NCBI GenBank assembly: GCA_030141605.1
Contig: JAQGDQ010000264.1
Span: forward strand, 186,001 to 250,000
Direction of reading: 5' to 3'
Source of the DNA: Tubiluchus corallicola
Taxonomy: Eukaryota > Animalia > Priapulida
Length of the DNA stretch: 64,000 bases
Part shown: piece after piece, positions 1-12,400 of the stretch
Layout of the letters: each line of letters begins with the position of its first letter
How positions within the stretch are numbered: the stretch's first letter is position 1
Notes under the pieces: model-generated
The model's input: only the letters and a program-made list of their open reading frames with translations
Database searches by the model: none
Told to the model about the DNA's origin: nothing
Position numbers and translations under genes: made by a program

Positions 1-820
1 ACAATTTTGTTTTGTGCAGTCGTTACAAGCTATATTGCACTAGTGTAGATGCGGTTCCCCAACATAATACACAATTCTGCAAGTACTGGTAAACCAGAGC
101 AAAGTACATCATTTTGAGAGTTGATATCCACATAATGTCTTAATTTTGTCATAATACCAATAGTTTTGTTCATTTTAGATGAAATATTTTGCATATGCGT
201 GTGCCAAGATAATTTGTTGTCTATGAAGATGCCAAGATATTTAATGTATAGTACTCGCTGGATGATACTATTGTTCATACATACTTTGAAGTTGTCTGGA
301 ATATTAATGGATTTTCTAGATATTATCATATACTTCATTTTATTTAAGTTAACGGTCAGGTAATTAGAGTATAATGTATGGAGTATGTTTCTCGCAACAT
401 AATGCATGTTCTGTTGTATATTCTTGTTTCTTACACTTAGGATATAGAAACCTTCAAATTTACTTACTTTGAAATTACGTATCAACTCCATTATGTTTAA
501 CTTGATTTCCATTATATTTTTAATATCCGTGAACACACACTTCCTAATATACTGTTATTTTTCATATTTCTCCCTATCAAGGAATTTTGTTTTGTCATTC
601 TTTGTATTCTATCTTTATGCTCTTGCAATATTTCCTGCTCTATAGCTTTTTTATTTCTCTTTTCCAACCTGATTTCTTAATTTCACTATTTCTGAGTTGC
701 TCCTTCGTGTTTTTCATTCCATAATTTCACTTATTTCCAAATGCCAACATTCTTTATGTGCTCTTTTTTCTTGCTTAATTACTGCTTGTTTTGCTAATCT
801 ATTTTTACCTGACTACATCA
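1..820 (-). mobile_element. Decayed LINE fragments: CR1/L2-group RT C-terminal region (~1-370) abutting a probable second LINE 3' ORF remnant (~450-820)
   Basis: ORF 30-536 contains NYLTVNLNKMKYMII...IKYLGIFIDNKLSWHTHMQNISSKMNKTIGIMTKLRHYV, typical of a non-LTR RT thumb region. The upstream part (..IKNIMEIKLNIMEL..NFK) resembles a different LINE C-terminus and is interrupted by stops. Confidence 0.75.
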
Positions 821-1312
821 GTGAATAATAAAACTTAAATTGTAAATTTAATGATGAAATTCTAAATAAGCGCAGTGACTTTTCTTATCAATGCACTAAC
901 ATAACGCGTAATTTTTTGTTCATTAAATTAGATCTTAAATCGAAATTGTTTAAAACTTATTGTCTTTGTTTTTATAGTTCTCAAATAAGGCAACTATATA
1001 ACCCATTCATAAACCGCATTGAAATTTTGTGAAGCTTAGCTGTTCACATATTGTATAATTTCTCATACTCAGTTTTTACCGTATATTGCAACACTTGTAG
1101 ACCTGAGGCTTAGTTTTGTAAAATATTCATTAAATGTTATGTATGCGGTTTAAATTGCCAAAACAATGTATTGTAACCGTGTTTTCATTGGTTTTTTTAG
1201 TGGTTAATTTTTTATGGAGATACTGTGTGAGTTGGCAAATGTCTTATGTAATTGTTTAGGTTTTAGGTTTAGGCAATCATAGTAAATTTACTAATTGCTA
1301 CCTTCCATTTAG

Positions 1313-4300
1313 GTCACAAAGATATCTAGGAAAAGTCAAGTATGCATATTTTGATCATTCCACTCACAAAGCTCCGCGCATTATCGTAGCATCGGAGAAA
1401 AACGTCGTGGCATCTTTAAATTCCAGATCAGGTGACATCCGTAAGTATTACTTTTTAATTTCTAGTACTGCAGCGCAATCCTTGTTTTAATATTGTTTAC
1501 CAAATATAAGTTACATAATCAGTCTAACTCTTGAAATTAACTTGGCTAAAAACCATCTCATCTTATATAATGATATACAGTGGGTGCCGCTTAGTAGACT
1601 CACAATAGGATGGAAGAGTTTTGGCTCAATTAACCAACTGATTCAATTAGCCGATAGGTGTAGGCTATTACTACTATAGAAGTACGAGTCGTCACTTATC
1701 AGGTTAGTATGCATTGCAAAGGCTTTAATGAATTTGGAAATGAATTAATGTCAAAATTCCTATGTGCAATTATTTAAGAATACTAATTTATATAAGTGAA
1801 TTAATAAAAAACGAAAACAAAAGATCACACAAATCTGATTATGACCATTAAAAATTAAGAAAATTCATGCAAGGTCATTTGCTTCATTTCTTCACGAAGA
1901 AGTTGGCTTATGAAATTCTCATAATAATAAAAACATTGATAATCTGTTGCTGTATGCTATACGTGTTCAGGCAAAACACCTAGTTGCCTAATGCTTGAGC
2001 TGCAGTTGGTAATGACCTTGTTTCTCCTGTGAAAAGCAGCAGGAACTTCAAAAACGCACGGCTAGAGCTGGGCAAGTGATTAAACGTTTAGCTTCCAGAA
2101 ACAATGAGGTTAACTACTGCGAACCAGTGGGTTACATCTTTAAAGCAAAACCACTGCGCTAACATATTAACACACATGATAAACATACTGTACCTGCTTA
2201 GAAACAAAGCTATACCTAACATGACTGTTTCTACGTATATTACAGTGCACAAAAATCGAAGTGAAGATGAAGTAAAAGCAGCAAAAGCTGTTTGGACACA
2301 CATTAATGTCTTATTTTAAGTATGTGAAGGAAAAATATTAAATCAATTATGCTTAGTTATTTGAGTCAATTACCGATAGTTTTTATATACATTTGTATTG
2401 GAGCAGCCCTTATCGGGCATATCTGAGTCAAATAAGTGACTGGTTCTAATAACCGTGAGTATAATAAATGGCACCTACTATAACGGTATGTATGAGAATG
2501 TAGCTGGTTACTAACACTTATCAAGCCAAAGTGTCTCTGGAACAGTTTACTAACCTAATGAAGTCGTTTGATTCCGAAATACAGCTGTATATTTCCCTTA
2601 CATACTTTATTTTAATACGACTTGGATCCAATAATGCCTGAAGTTGGCAAACTGGCTATGAACTAGCAACTTTCAAAACCCCACACCTTAATGAAACCTA
2701 ACTAATTTTAACAAAGGTTTTGCTGTTGTCAATTTGAAACTTTTCTCTTACTCCTGATAATATTAGTTGTCAAAAACATACCAGTGCATAGTCAAAGAGC
2801 ATATGAAGCCACTTTGTCTACATTGTTAACACGAAAAATGAATTAAAGTGAGTTTTTCTTAGGTGAATTGAGAAAGATGAAGCACACAAATACTGCCAAT
2901 TGCTAAATTGCTATTCACTAGGAATACCAGCATTTGTCTGAATCGATTCATTAAATAACACTGTTTTTTTATAGACTGGCGCCAAATCTTAGAAAAAGAT
3001 TCTATAGGAAGAATTGATAGTCTCATTGTTTACAATAACGGTAAGTGTGATCAGTAAAATGTTTATTGGAATAATTTAAAGGTCTACATCAGGGATGTTA
3101 CCGAAACTGAATTTACTAACCAAAACCAAAACCGAAATGTATCAAACATAAGAAACCGATACCGAACAGAAGCATTTTTGCAAAACCAGCTATTATTAAA
3201 ACTGAAAAAAGAAAATTCTAAAATATGTAAAATATTTTATTTTTTGTTTGTCTGCTTTATTTGCTATGATGCAACGTAACTGATAAAAAAACAAAGATAT
3301 TTTATAGTTTTATAGTATAGAACCTCAAGTTTAATTGTGTGGGTTTACATTAAAAAAATTAATGATTAACATTTGCAGATCATAATGTTTCATTAAAATA
3401 AAGAAATTTTATTTTGTTGACATTTTGTGGCCTATATTTCATAAATTATCAAATTAAATGCGATTTTGCGCAAATAAATTCAAACGTTATTTTAATATTT
3501 CAGTGGAGTGGGCCTGCGGGCCCTGAAACTTCACAGTAGTCAGCACTGAAGATATGCCACACTACTGTGAAAAGCACGTCACAAACTGTTACGTAAACAA
3601 AATTTTTGCTTTATTTGAACTATTTTAGCCAAGATTTTTCAGCTGTTTTTGACATCTAGGGAAAAGAAAAGGTAAAATGAATTAATACTAGTAAAACCTC
3701 TGAAAAGTGCTGCCGAAAATTATCTGAAATTTCGGCTACGAAGCTTAGTGAATTTCGCCACAACCGAAACTTAACTGAAAGTGCAATTATCGGCAAACCG
3801 AAAACTCCGTTTCGGTAACACCCCTGTTCTATATAACCCCAACAGATGTTGAAGTTTTTTTTTAACTAATTATCATGATTACACAAAGAACTCATGGTTA
3901 CTGTTAAACAAAAGAAACGTATAAATTAAATAACTTACCATTTTCTAACGAATTTCGAACGCATGCATTGCCATAAAGAATGCCATGTTTCATATCTTTG
4001 GCGAGAATGACATACGTAGACTAGAAAACGTCTTTGTTTACCGATCTTTAGTGACTTACTGACTGTATATGCTTAACGTAATTTATGTCGCGCAACAAAA
4101 ATGGTGGTTTTTTTAAATTTAACACCGCTAACAATGAAGTGATAAAAAAACTAAAAGAAATAAGTTTTACAGTACGTTTCTTAATAAAATAAATTGAATA
4201 TTCATAATGAGAGTAAGATTTTAAGTTGTAAAAGTTTATATTACAGTAAGGGTTTAGTTTGGCTTTAAAGGTAAATAATCTTAATAATATGGTTAATATA

Positions 4301-7300
4301 GTTTTTTTATTTTTTGAATTGCTTTTCAGCCTAGAATTTTGCAGAAATAAATCTTGAGTTCGATATATCTAACAAGTTGGAGCAGATATCAGATATAGAA
4401 TTTGCAACATCATAATGATACCTTCTGTTATTCGCTCTGCTTATTAATGTTTAGCTAGCATAAAATTTACCTTATTGCTTAACTTAAAACCACATAAATG
4501 CTTCATACAAATTGTTTCGCATGCATTATGTACAATTATTGTTGCTATATATATATATGAATATTGTTCCAATATATATATTATATCTCACGCATCTGGC
4601 AAAGTAGGGATAATTTATTCCTACTATTTGAGTTTCATTGCATTGAACTGTACAATGTATTGCACTGCAGATTGTCATCATCTTACTGTTCAATTTTTTT
4701 AGATGTATTGACTGTATCAGGCGGTGGTTTAGTCCGTTGTTGGCAAGCTGCAACAGGTATACTTAACTGGGAGACTTTTACTTCTGATACTTCACTATCA
4801 CAAAGGTAACTTAGTGACTATACAATCAACCAACATGTAGCAGATTTTGTTAATAATACACATCTTTGTGAAATTATTATACACATTATTGTAAAGATAT
4901 ATTTTTGTTTTTTTGTGTCGACTAAGGCATTTTTTACATATTTAGTTTTTTTTTGTTCTTGAACTGCCTCTGGTTGAGTTTTTATCTTCTTCTTTATTTT
5001 TAGCATGGCTCCATCTGAGCCAGTGCTTCTCAACCTTTACAATCCACTTCCCCACTTGAAAAAAGCATTCTCCGCCATTCACCTATAGCACTATAAAACA
5101 TCAAATTACTAAAGACGTGTTAGTTAATTAGTATTTCAAACTTATTCTGAAGAACACAGTGTCACGGATTTACACATAAAGTGCAATGGAGATGTCAAAA
5201 CCGTGGTTGAGTGAGAACCTTGTGCTTGGTATTCTTGAACAAGACTCTTAACATCTGGAACTAGCTTCGTTAATTTCTACCGGAAATCGCCACTTTCAGT
5301 AATGTCCAGACTGCCTCGTTTTTTTGTCAAGATATCTGCTACGGCGCTAAATGCACCCTCCATGAGATACGACGTGGGGAACGGTAATAGCAAGTTTTGT
5401 GCTTGTGCACTCAAATTTGGATAGTTTTCAACGATTTCTTCGTCAAGCCACATGACCTGGCACTTTGCTCTGTTAATAAGTTCAGCTGATGAGTCATTCT
5501 GAAGATCAGCGAGTTCATTTTGGAACAGTTGCTCAACGTCACCGAGATCAACCAATTTATATTGAGTAAGCCACCCAGGAAAGTCCATCTCACTCAAGTC
5601 GACGAAACTCTGTGTGAAGTCTGTTACCATACTTTGTAGGTGACATGTGATCACAGCCAAATCCTTATCTGAAACATCAGCACAAGAACTCAAACGAATG
5701 AAGTTCACAAACTCCCAGCTCGATATTTCCATTCTGTATTGATGAAGTTTGGTAACAAAACCAAATATCTTCCTTTTTGAATCCAGGAGAGTTTTGTTTG
5801 CACCTTGCAACTCCGCATTCAAACCGTTGAGCTTTCCAAAAATGTCGGCCAGGTAACAGACTTGTGCTTTTGCTTCGTCCCCTCGTAAGACAGCTATTTC
5901 GTCTTTATCAGCCAGAAACTCAGCCAAAGTATCATACAACTCGACAAACCGATCTAAGCAGTTCCCCTTCGACAGCCAGCACACTTCTGCATGCAATATC
6001 AAGCGAACATGAGTTTCATCCATTTGGGAACAGAAGTCTTTGAAAAGGCGTTCTTGTTTAGCATTTGCCTTGATTAGGTTGATACACATAATAACCGCTT
6101 TCATGACAGTGTTCAATTCTGGCGAAAGGTTTTTAGCCACAAGATTCTCTCGATGAATGACACAGTGCACAGTCAACATGCCAGGATTTTCATGCTTCAT
6201 CAACTTTAGAACTCCTTGCCGTCTACCCATCATAGCTGGAGCACCATCCGCTTCACACGATATTACATTTTGTAATGGAATACGTGATTCTGTCATGTAT
6301 TTGGTATATATTGTGTAGATATCTGCCGCAGTAGTCGTTGTTTTTAGCAGTTCACAAAACAACATCTCCTCCCTGAATTGTCCGTTCTCTATATATCGCA
6401 CATAAGTGAGTAGTAACGGTTCACTTTGCATACTGTCGACTCATCCATCTGCAATGTGAACTTCCTGTTTCTTAGTTTGGATATCAGTTCTTCATGAACA
6501 TCCGTTGCCATTTTATCGATTCGCCGGCCTATGGTATCGTTACTGAGAGGGACAGAATCAACTCTGGCTGCATCGTCGCCGTTCTGTAGTACAGTGCGAG
6601 CAAATATTGATAATGCCGGCTTGATCAACTTTTCACCGATTGCATGAGGTTTTCCATTCTTTACGATCAATAAAGATATTTCGTAACTGGCTGCCAACCC
6701 GCGATCCAAATTTGACACTTGTTTACGGAACAATTACTCGATTGACTGGTTTCTCTTTTTCCCGTTTCAGCTTCAAGTCTTTGAAATATTTGACTGGTTT
6801 TGTGGCATACTCCTGATGTTTCGCCTTCAAATGCTGTTCAAGTTTCACTGGTTTCATAGAATCATTGCAGAAAGTTTGATCACATAACAGACACAGTGGT
6901 AATCGCTCATCGTGAATTGTTGCAATAAATCAAAACTTCAGATAATCAATTGAGTATTTTCAAACTTTCACCTTCGCTTTCTTAGCCATGATGTTTATTT
7001 ACCAGGACACTAGCTTTGGTCTGTGTTACTGCCAAGAATAATGCACAATACAGAGCCTATTGTTGCATAGACACTGAGAAAGACAAGTGTATGGAATCAA
7101 ATTGGGAATCCCCATTCAGGTTTCCAAATTTCACCCCCGAGGATTTCGAATTCACCCCTGGGGGTGCGCATGGACCCCGGTTGAGAAGCACTGATCTAAG
7201 TAATGGGAGCTTTTCTTTAAATAACAGTTGAAAGTCACCAGCACATAGTAACTAACATTTTTTTCTTTAATAAGCAGGCATTTAAAATAAAATATAATTA

Positions 7301-9363
7301 TGTTAGTGTATGTTATGTACATGCAAATACAAGTTTTTATGAAGTTGTCTGAAATTATCACATGTACTGCCACCAACAAAATAAAAGTGTTTTTGGCTTA
7401 TAGTTTTTGAATTAGAAGCTGGCAATATAGCATCATTTGTTGTATAAGCAGGCTTAATATTTTCACTTTTTAGCTGGTATTAACTCTGTGTTGTCAAAGC
7501 TCCTAATGTGTACTGACCTCAAGCATTTAATTTTGTTTTCAGTTTGCACTCTATAGTGACATATGATAATAAAGGTTTGCTGGTTCTAAATGCACATAAC
7601 CTTCATTTATTGTCACTGCCTAATGGAAAAATTAAATGGGCAATTTCACTGCCAGATCAGTAAGTACTCTGTTCATATTTTTACTATTAGGTGAAATCTC
7701 TTATATTAATATTCTTGGTATGGGCTTAATATATAAGATTCGAGGCTACAGCCCGGACGAGGGCACCATTTGGGGCGATCTATACATCAAACGAAAGGTC
7801 TCGATCTAGTGTCTTCTCATTGATGGTTTATTTTTCGAATCGGGCCCTCCGGGAGGAATGGGGGGCGAAAAACCTCCAAAAATGGCCCCTTTTCGGCCGT
7901 TTTTTGCAAAAGTTATACGGCTGAGATGTAGAGAACGGGAACAGGCCGAGGGGGGTGCTGGGTATGGATAGATAGCCCGTTCAGCGGTGGGTGTAGTATG
8001 GATTATTAATACGAAATCTTTTAGAATAAAAGCTGAAATAGACTTTAAGTAAATAAATAAATAAAAAATAAATTTACACACTTATCTGTTTATAGTTATA
8101 TTTGTTTTACTCGGGCCAGTGTGGAGAGTGATGCAACAACAAACTGAGAATTATGATGCAGTCAAAATAATTTGACATTGTTTCTGACATGATAAGAAAC
8201 TGAAAATTTTTCAAACAATACTTTACAGAATTTGACCCTGAAATGACATAACCTCAGGGTTATGATTTTGCTTTCACTGAATTTACCTATTATAATCAAC
8301 TAAGAATTTTAAAAATAACTGATATATATAACCTAGAAATGGCTAAATTTGTTTACAAATTCAAGAATCATGAGCTAGCCAAACTATTTAATGGATACTT
8401 GAGTGAACCTTCAGCTTTGCATAACTACCAAACGCGGTTTGCATCTTGTAATACCTACAGTGTTAAAAGATGCAATACAACCAAAGCTCAACGTTCACTC
8501 AAGTATCAAGGCCCACGAATTTGGAACTCTATTCCTCAGAAGTTCAAAAACAAATCTCTTAATTACCTTGTGTCAAACTACAAAAACATACTTATTTCTC
8601 TTTATACCTAGTCTTGGAATTGTTTTCACAACTAAAACTTATACTAATATTACACTCCATTTGAACTTGCCAAACCGTATATAAATATGAATGGTTAAAA
8701 CTCAATTATTATATGTGCTGAAGATCTTAACCCTAACTTAACAGTGATACTAACCATGAATTTTACCATAGAGATAGTTAAAATGGAAATAGTAACAATG
8801 ACATCTTTATATATATTATTGCACTGCTACTTGTGAAATTGTACATTATGTTATGTCTATACCCCAATTGCCTGATAGTCTTAACAACTTTGTTTTTTTA
8901 TTATTATTACTTTTTTCTGCTAGGTAGGCATATTTATGTGTATTTGTATGTGTATATGTATGTGTATATATGAGCATATATATATGTGTGTATGTATATG
9001 CGCATAAATAAGCGCATGGGTATCCAATTGGGTATATAATATATGCACGTGTATCTATGTGTATATATGTATATATAAATATATATATGTAGCCATTAGT
9101 ACTATTCATTAATCTATTCACCATTCACTATTCTGAAAATCTTCATCAAGATAATTGCGCATATGACTAATTAATAATAGTAACATTACTTACTGGGTGG
9201 TTGACTTTGGTAACTTTTAGTTTTTCGCCACCCTTTCACCAATCACTTGAACACCATTGACTCATAATTTATTCATTTAATAACTTTGTCACTTAATATC
9301 ATATTACCATATTATCGTACCATGCATTGTGTTTGTCTTGTAAAAAAAGGTGATAAATAAAGA

Positions 9364-9424
<61 letters not shown>

Positions 9425-12400
9425 GCTTGATTATCTAGGAGTCACACTTTACTTGAATTAAGTCTGCTGTTTCACAATTTGACTTTAAAGAGACCTTAGA
9501 AATTTTTTTCAAAACCGTAATATGTTGTCTTTACTCCAAACAAGGCTAAAAGCCACTGTGGGTAAGGGGCTACAACAGGAAGGTGAAACATGAGTACTTA
9601 TCCAGAGAAATAGAACTTATAAAAGTAATTTGCTTGTGATAGCAGAATAGAGATTTCCACAGATAAGAAGGCTGAGGGTAAGAAAGTGTAATTATAAGCA
9701 GTTGTTCTACATCTATAAATATCCAAGGTCAGCCTTTGAGAAGCAATAGAAAAGTGTGTACTATAAACAAACATTTAGGAACCAGTGAGTGGAGCGAGTG
9801 AGAACATTTTCCATAGAATTAGAAATACAAGATGCACCACACTGAAGAAATGCCTTTAATAAATTTGATGTGCTTCATTGCCAAGGAATTACATTTTGTT
9901 TCATTGAAGATAGATGCTTTTTGACCCATGACCCTTAAGGTCAGGATCATCCTATATGCCTCTTCGACACCTTTCATATGATTTGCTACAAACCACTGTT
10001 CTTCAACATTGAAAAACATTTTAGTGCCCAACCCACTCATTTTCGAATTGTGGCACCGAGTGAAAAACTTTTTTCCATATCCAACTTACCCATTTTATAT
10101 AGCTGATAACATATAATAACATATAACACATTACCTATGTAACATAAGACTTTATTTAATTGTTTTTTGTTGTTTCATTAATGCAGTGAGACTGTGATTT
10201 ACCGGTACATAGTTAGCACTATTGACAAAGTACATGTCGTGGGAATCATTCCAGAATCACATGTATCTGTAGTGAGCATTTTACTAGACAATGGTGAAGT
10301 AGCATTACAGTCATCCATACCAGCTTCATGGGCCGTGGAATCTACACCGTGAGTACGAGCTAGAAATCACGTTTTGTTAATACCTAGCATTATTATTTGA
10401 ATTTATCTTCCCCTTAAGTAATTAACTACTTTATTCTAAACTTTTCAGGCTATTAAATTAATTTTTTTAGGTAACAGCATATTCTTTATTTGAAAATTTT
10501 AATACGGAAATTGTTGTAAGGATAGAGTTTTAGTATTTAGTCTTTTGATGATCAGGTGTTTCAGGAAAAGCTATTATACTTATTGAAAATATCAGTTTTG
10601 TATTTAATTTTTAAATTTCCATGTTGATGAGATGATTTTTAATTCATCAGTATAGTGCCGCCAGAATTGTTCAGCTTGCAACAAGGTAAAATTTGTGTGT
10701 GAAAACCTTCATTACATTAAACTCACTGCATGTTTTCCGACTGTGCAATATATAAAAGCTGTAAGCTGTTCACAAAAAAACTCACAAATTTATAGTTTAC
10801 AGTTTACTCACATATTCAAAAACTCACCGATTTCAAAAAATCTAAAATAAAATAAATGGTCACTTGTTAATTTTTACGCATCTCATTTATTTTTGTTTAA
10901 TTTACTTTAAATGAAACTATTAAAAATAATAAAGAACACAAATCATTTATTTTTTAGATCGTAACTCATTATGTATCATTGTAAATTCGCTGAGTAGTCT
11001 TATTTTATTGATTTGAGATATTTTTCCAGATGCATGTTATCGGATACAGCAAAGCTCATTTGCTATGACAGTCGCATGAAACACTTATATGGTGTTGATG
11101 TACCTTATGGCAAGATCTTTTCCCCCACGGCATTATCGGTAAAGATTTGCTTTTTTATTTAGAGTTTTTGTTGGTTAAACAATCAACTTTTTGGAGTGAA
11201 CCTTAAAGAAAGGTTTTATGCAGCTTTCTACTGCATCCGCACAGACATTAATGTACACAGACTTCTGTCCGCACGTTTTACGTCCACATAAGTTGTTTCC
11301 ACTGCATCCATACTCATTACTTGTACACAGTATTTGTATTACAAGCTTATTTATTTATTAAATTATTTATAATAATCTTTTATGAGGGTAGCTCCTTCAA
11401 GCTTAGAACTGCTTTGCAATGAGGCCCTCACTTATGTTGCCCATGTGGCAAAATTTTAGCACATAATCTAGACATGGGTCTTTTGATAAGAAAGAAGCTT
11501 GTATTTCCTGTTAACGGTTTAAGAAAGGCAATACAGCAAGTGATATTATACAGCTGATAATAGTTCGTCTCTTATAATTTTCTCCCCTGTAACTAATCAT
11601 GCAAGCATATAATGTAATTTTGAGAAAGTGTGAAAGGCCTATATGTTTTACAATAACAACAAATCAAATTGACAAAGTCAAAATTCTGAGACAATGCTTA
11701 AATGTTTTACCATAAATTTGACAAAATGACAAAATTGAACAAAGAATCGCAAAATCAGACCCAAATTTACAGTCTGAAAAAATAAAACGAATATCAAAAA
11801 CTACATATTTTTTCTTCATTACTGACCTCACAACTATTTCAACTCACACCTGTCTTGTAAAATCTCTGTGACTGTATTTAGGCTCACTTTATCACACAAG
11901 GAAAGTCTAAACTCTACAGCATTTGTGAAAATGAACTTTTATGACCGCAGAAAAAGTGCGGATCTGTGCGTGAACGTCGCTTTCTGTGGGGATGGATTTT
12001 ATGTGCGATTGGATGCGTGAAAACGGCGCGCTATCGCTTCAATTTTTGTGACACCGTGTCTGTGCGAGTGCAGTGGAAACACAGCCTAAATCTTGATGTT
12101 TGTTCTTTGCAAGAAAGCCAAGCCAGTACCGGCGTTTTATTTACAAAACACAGCTTTAAAGTCGAAGGAATGTAAAATTTTAATTAATGAATGTAAAATT
12201 AATGAAGTCAATGCTTTTCTCAAATTAGCTGGCAACTAATGATATCATTAATTTATTTGATTATGACTGTGATTGCAAGAATGTTTATAAACCATTGCAG
12301 TTTATTTTAACAATTTTTTTTATTTAAGAACATTTATAAAATACATTTTTTTCTAAAAGAAAATGGCAGCAGGCACATAGCACTTATGCTAGCCATATAA

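Noticed and set aside
6920-6989. In-frame TGA codons in the Buster transposase as selenocysteine or an alternative genetic code
   Set aside because: They fall at positions expected to be Arg/Gly, the element also has frameshifts, and the host genes use the standard code with TGA as stop.
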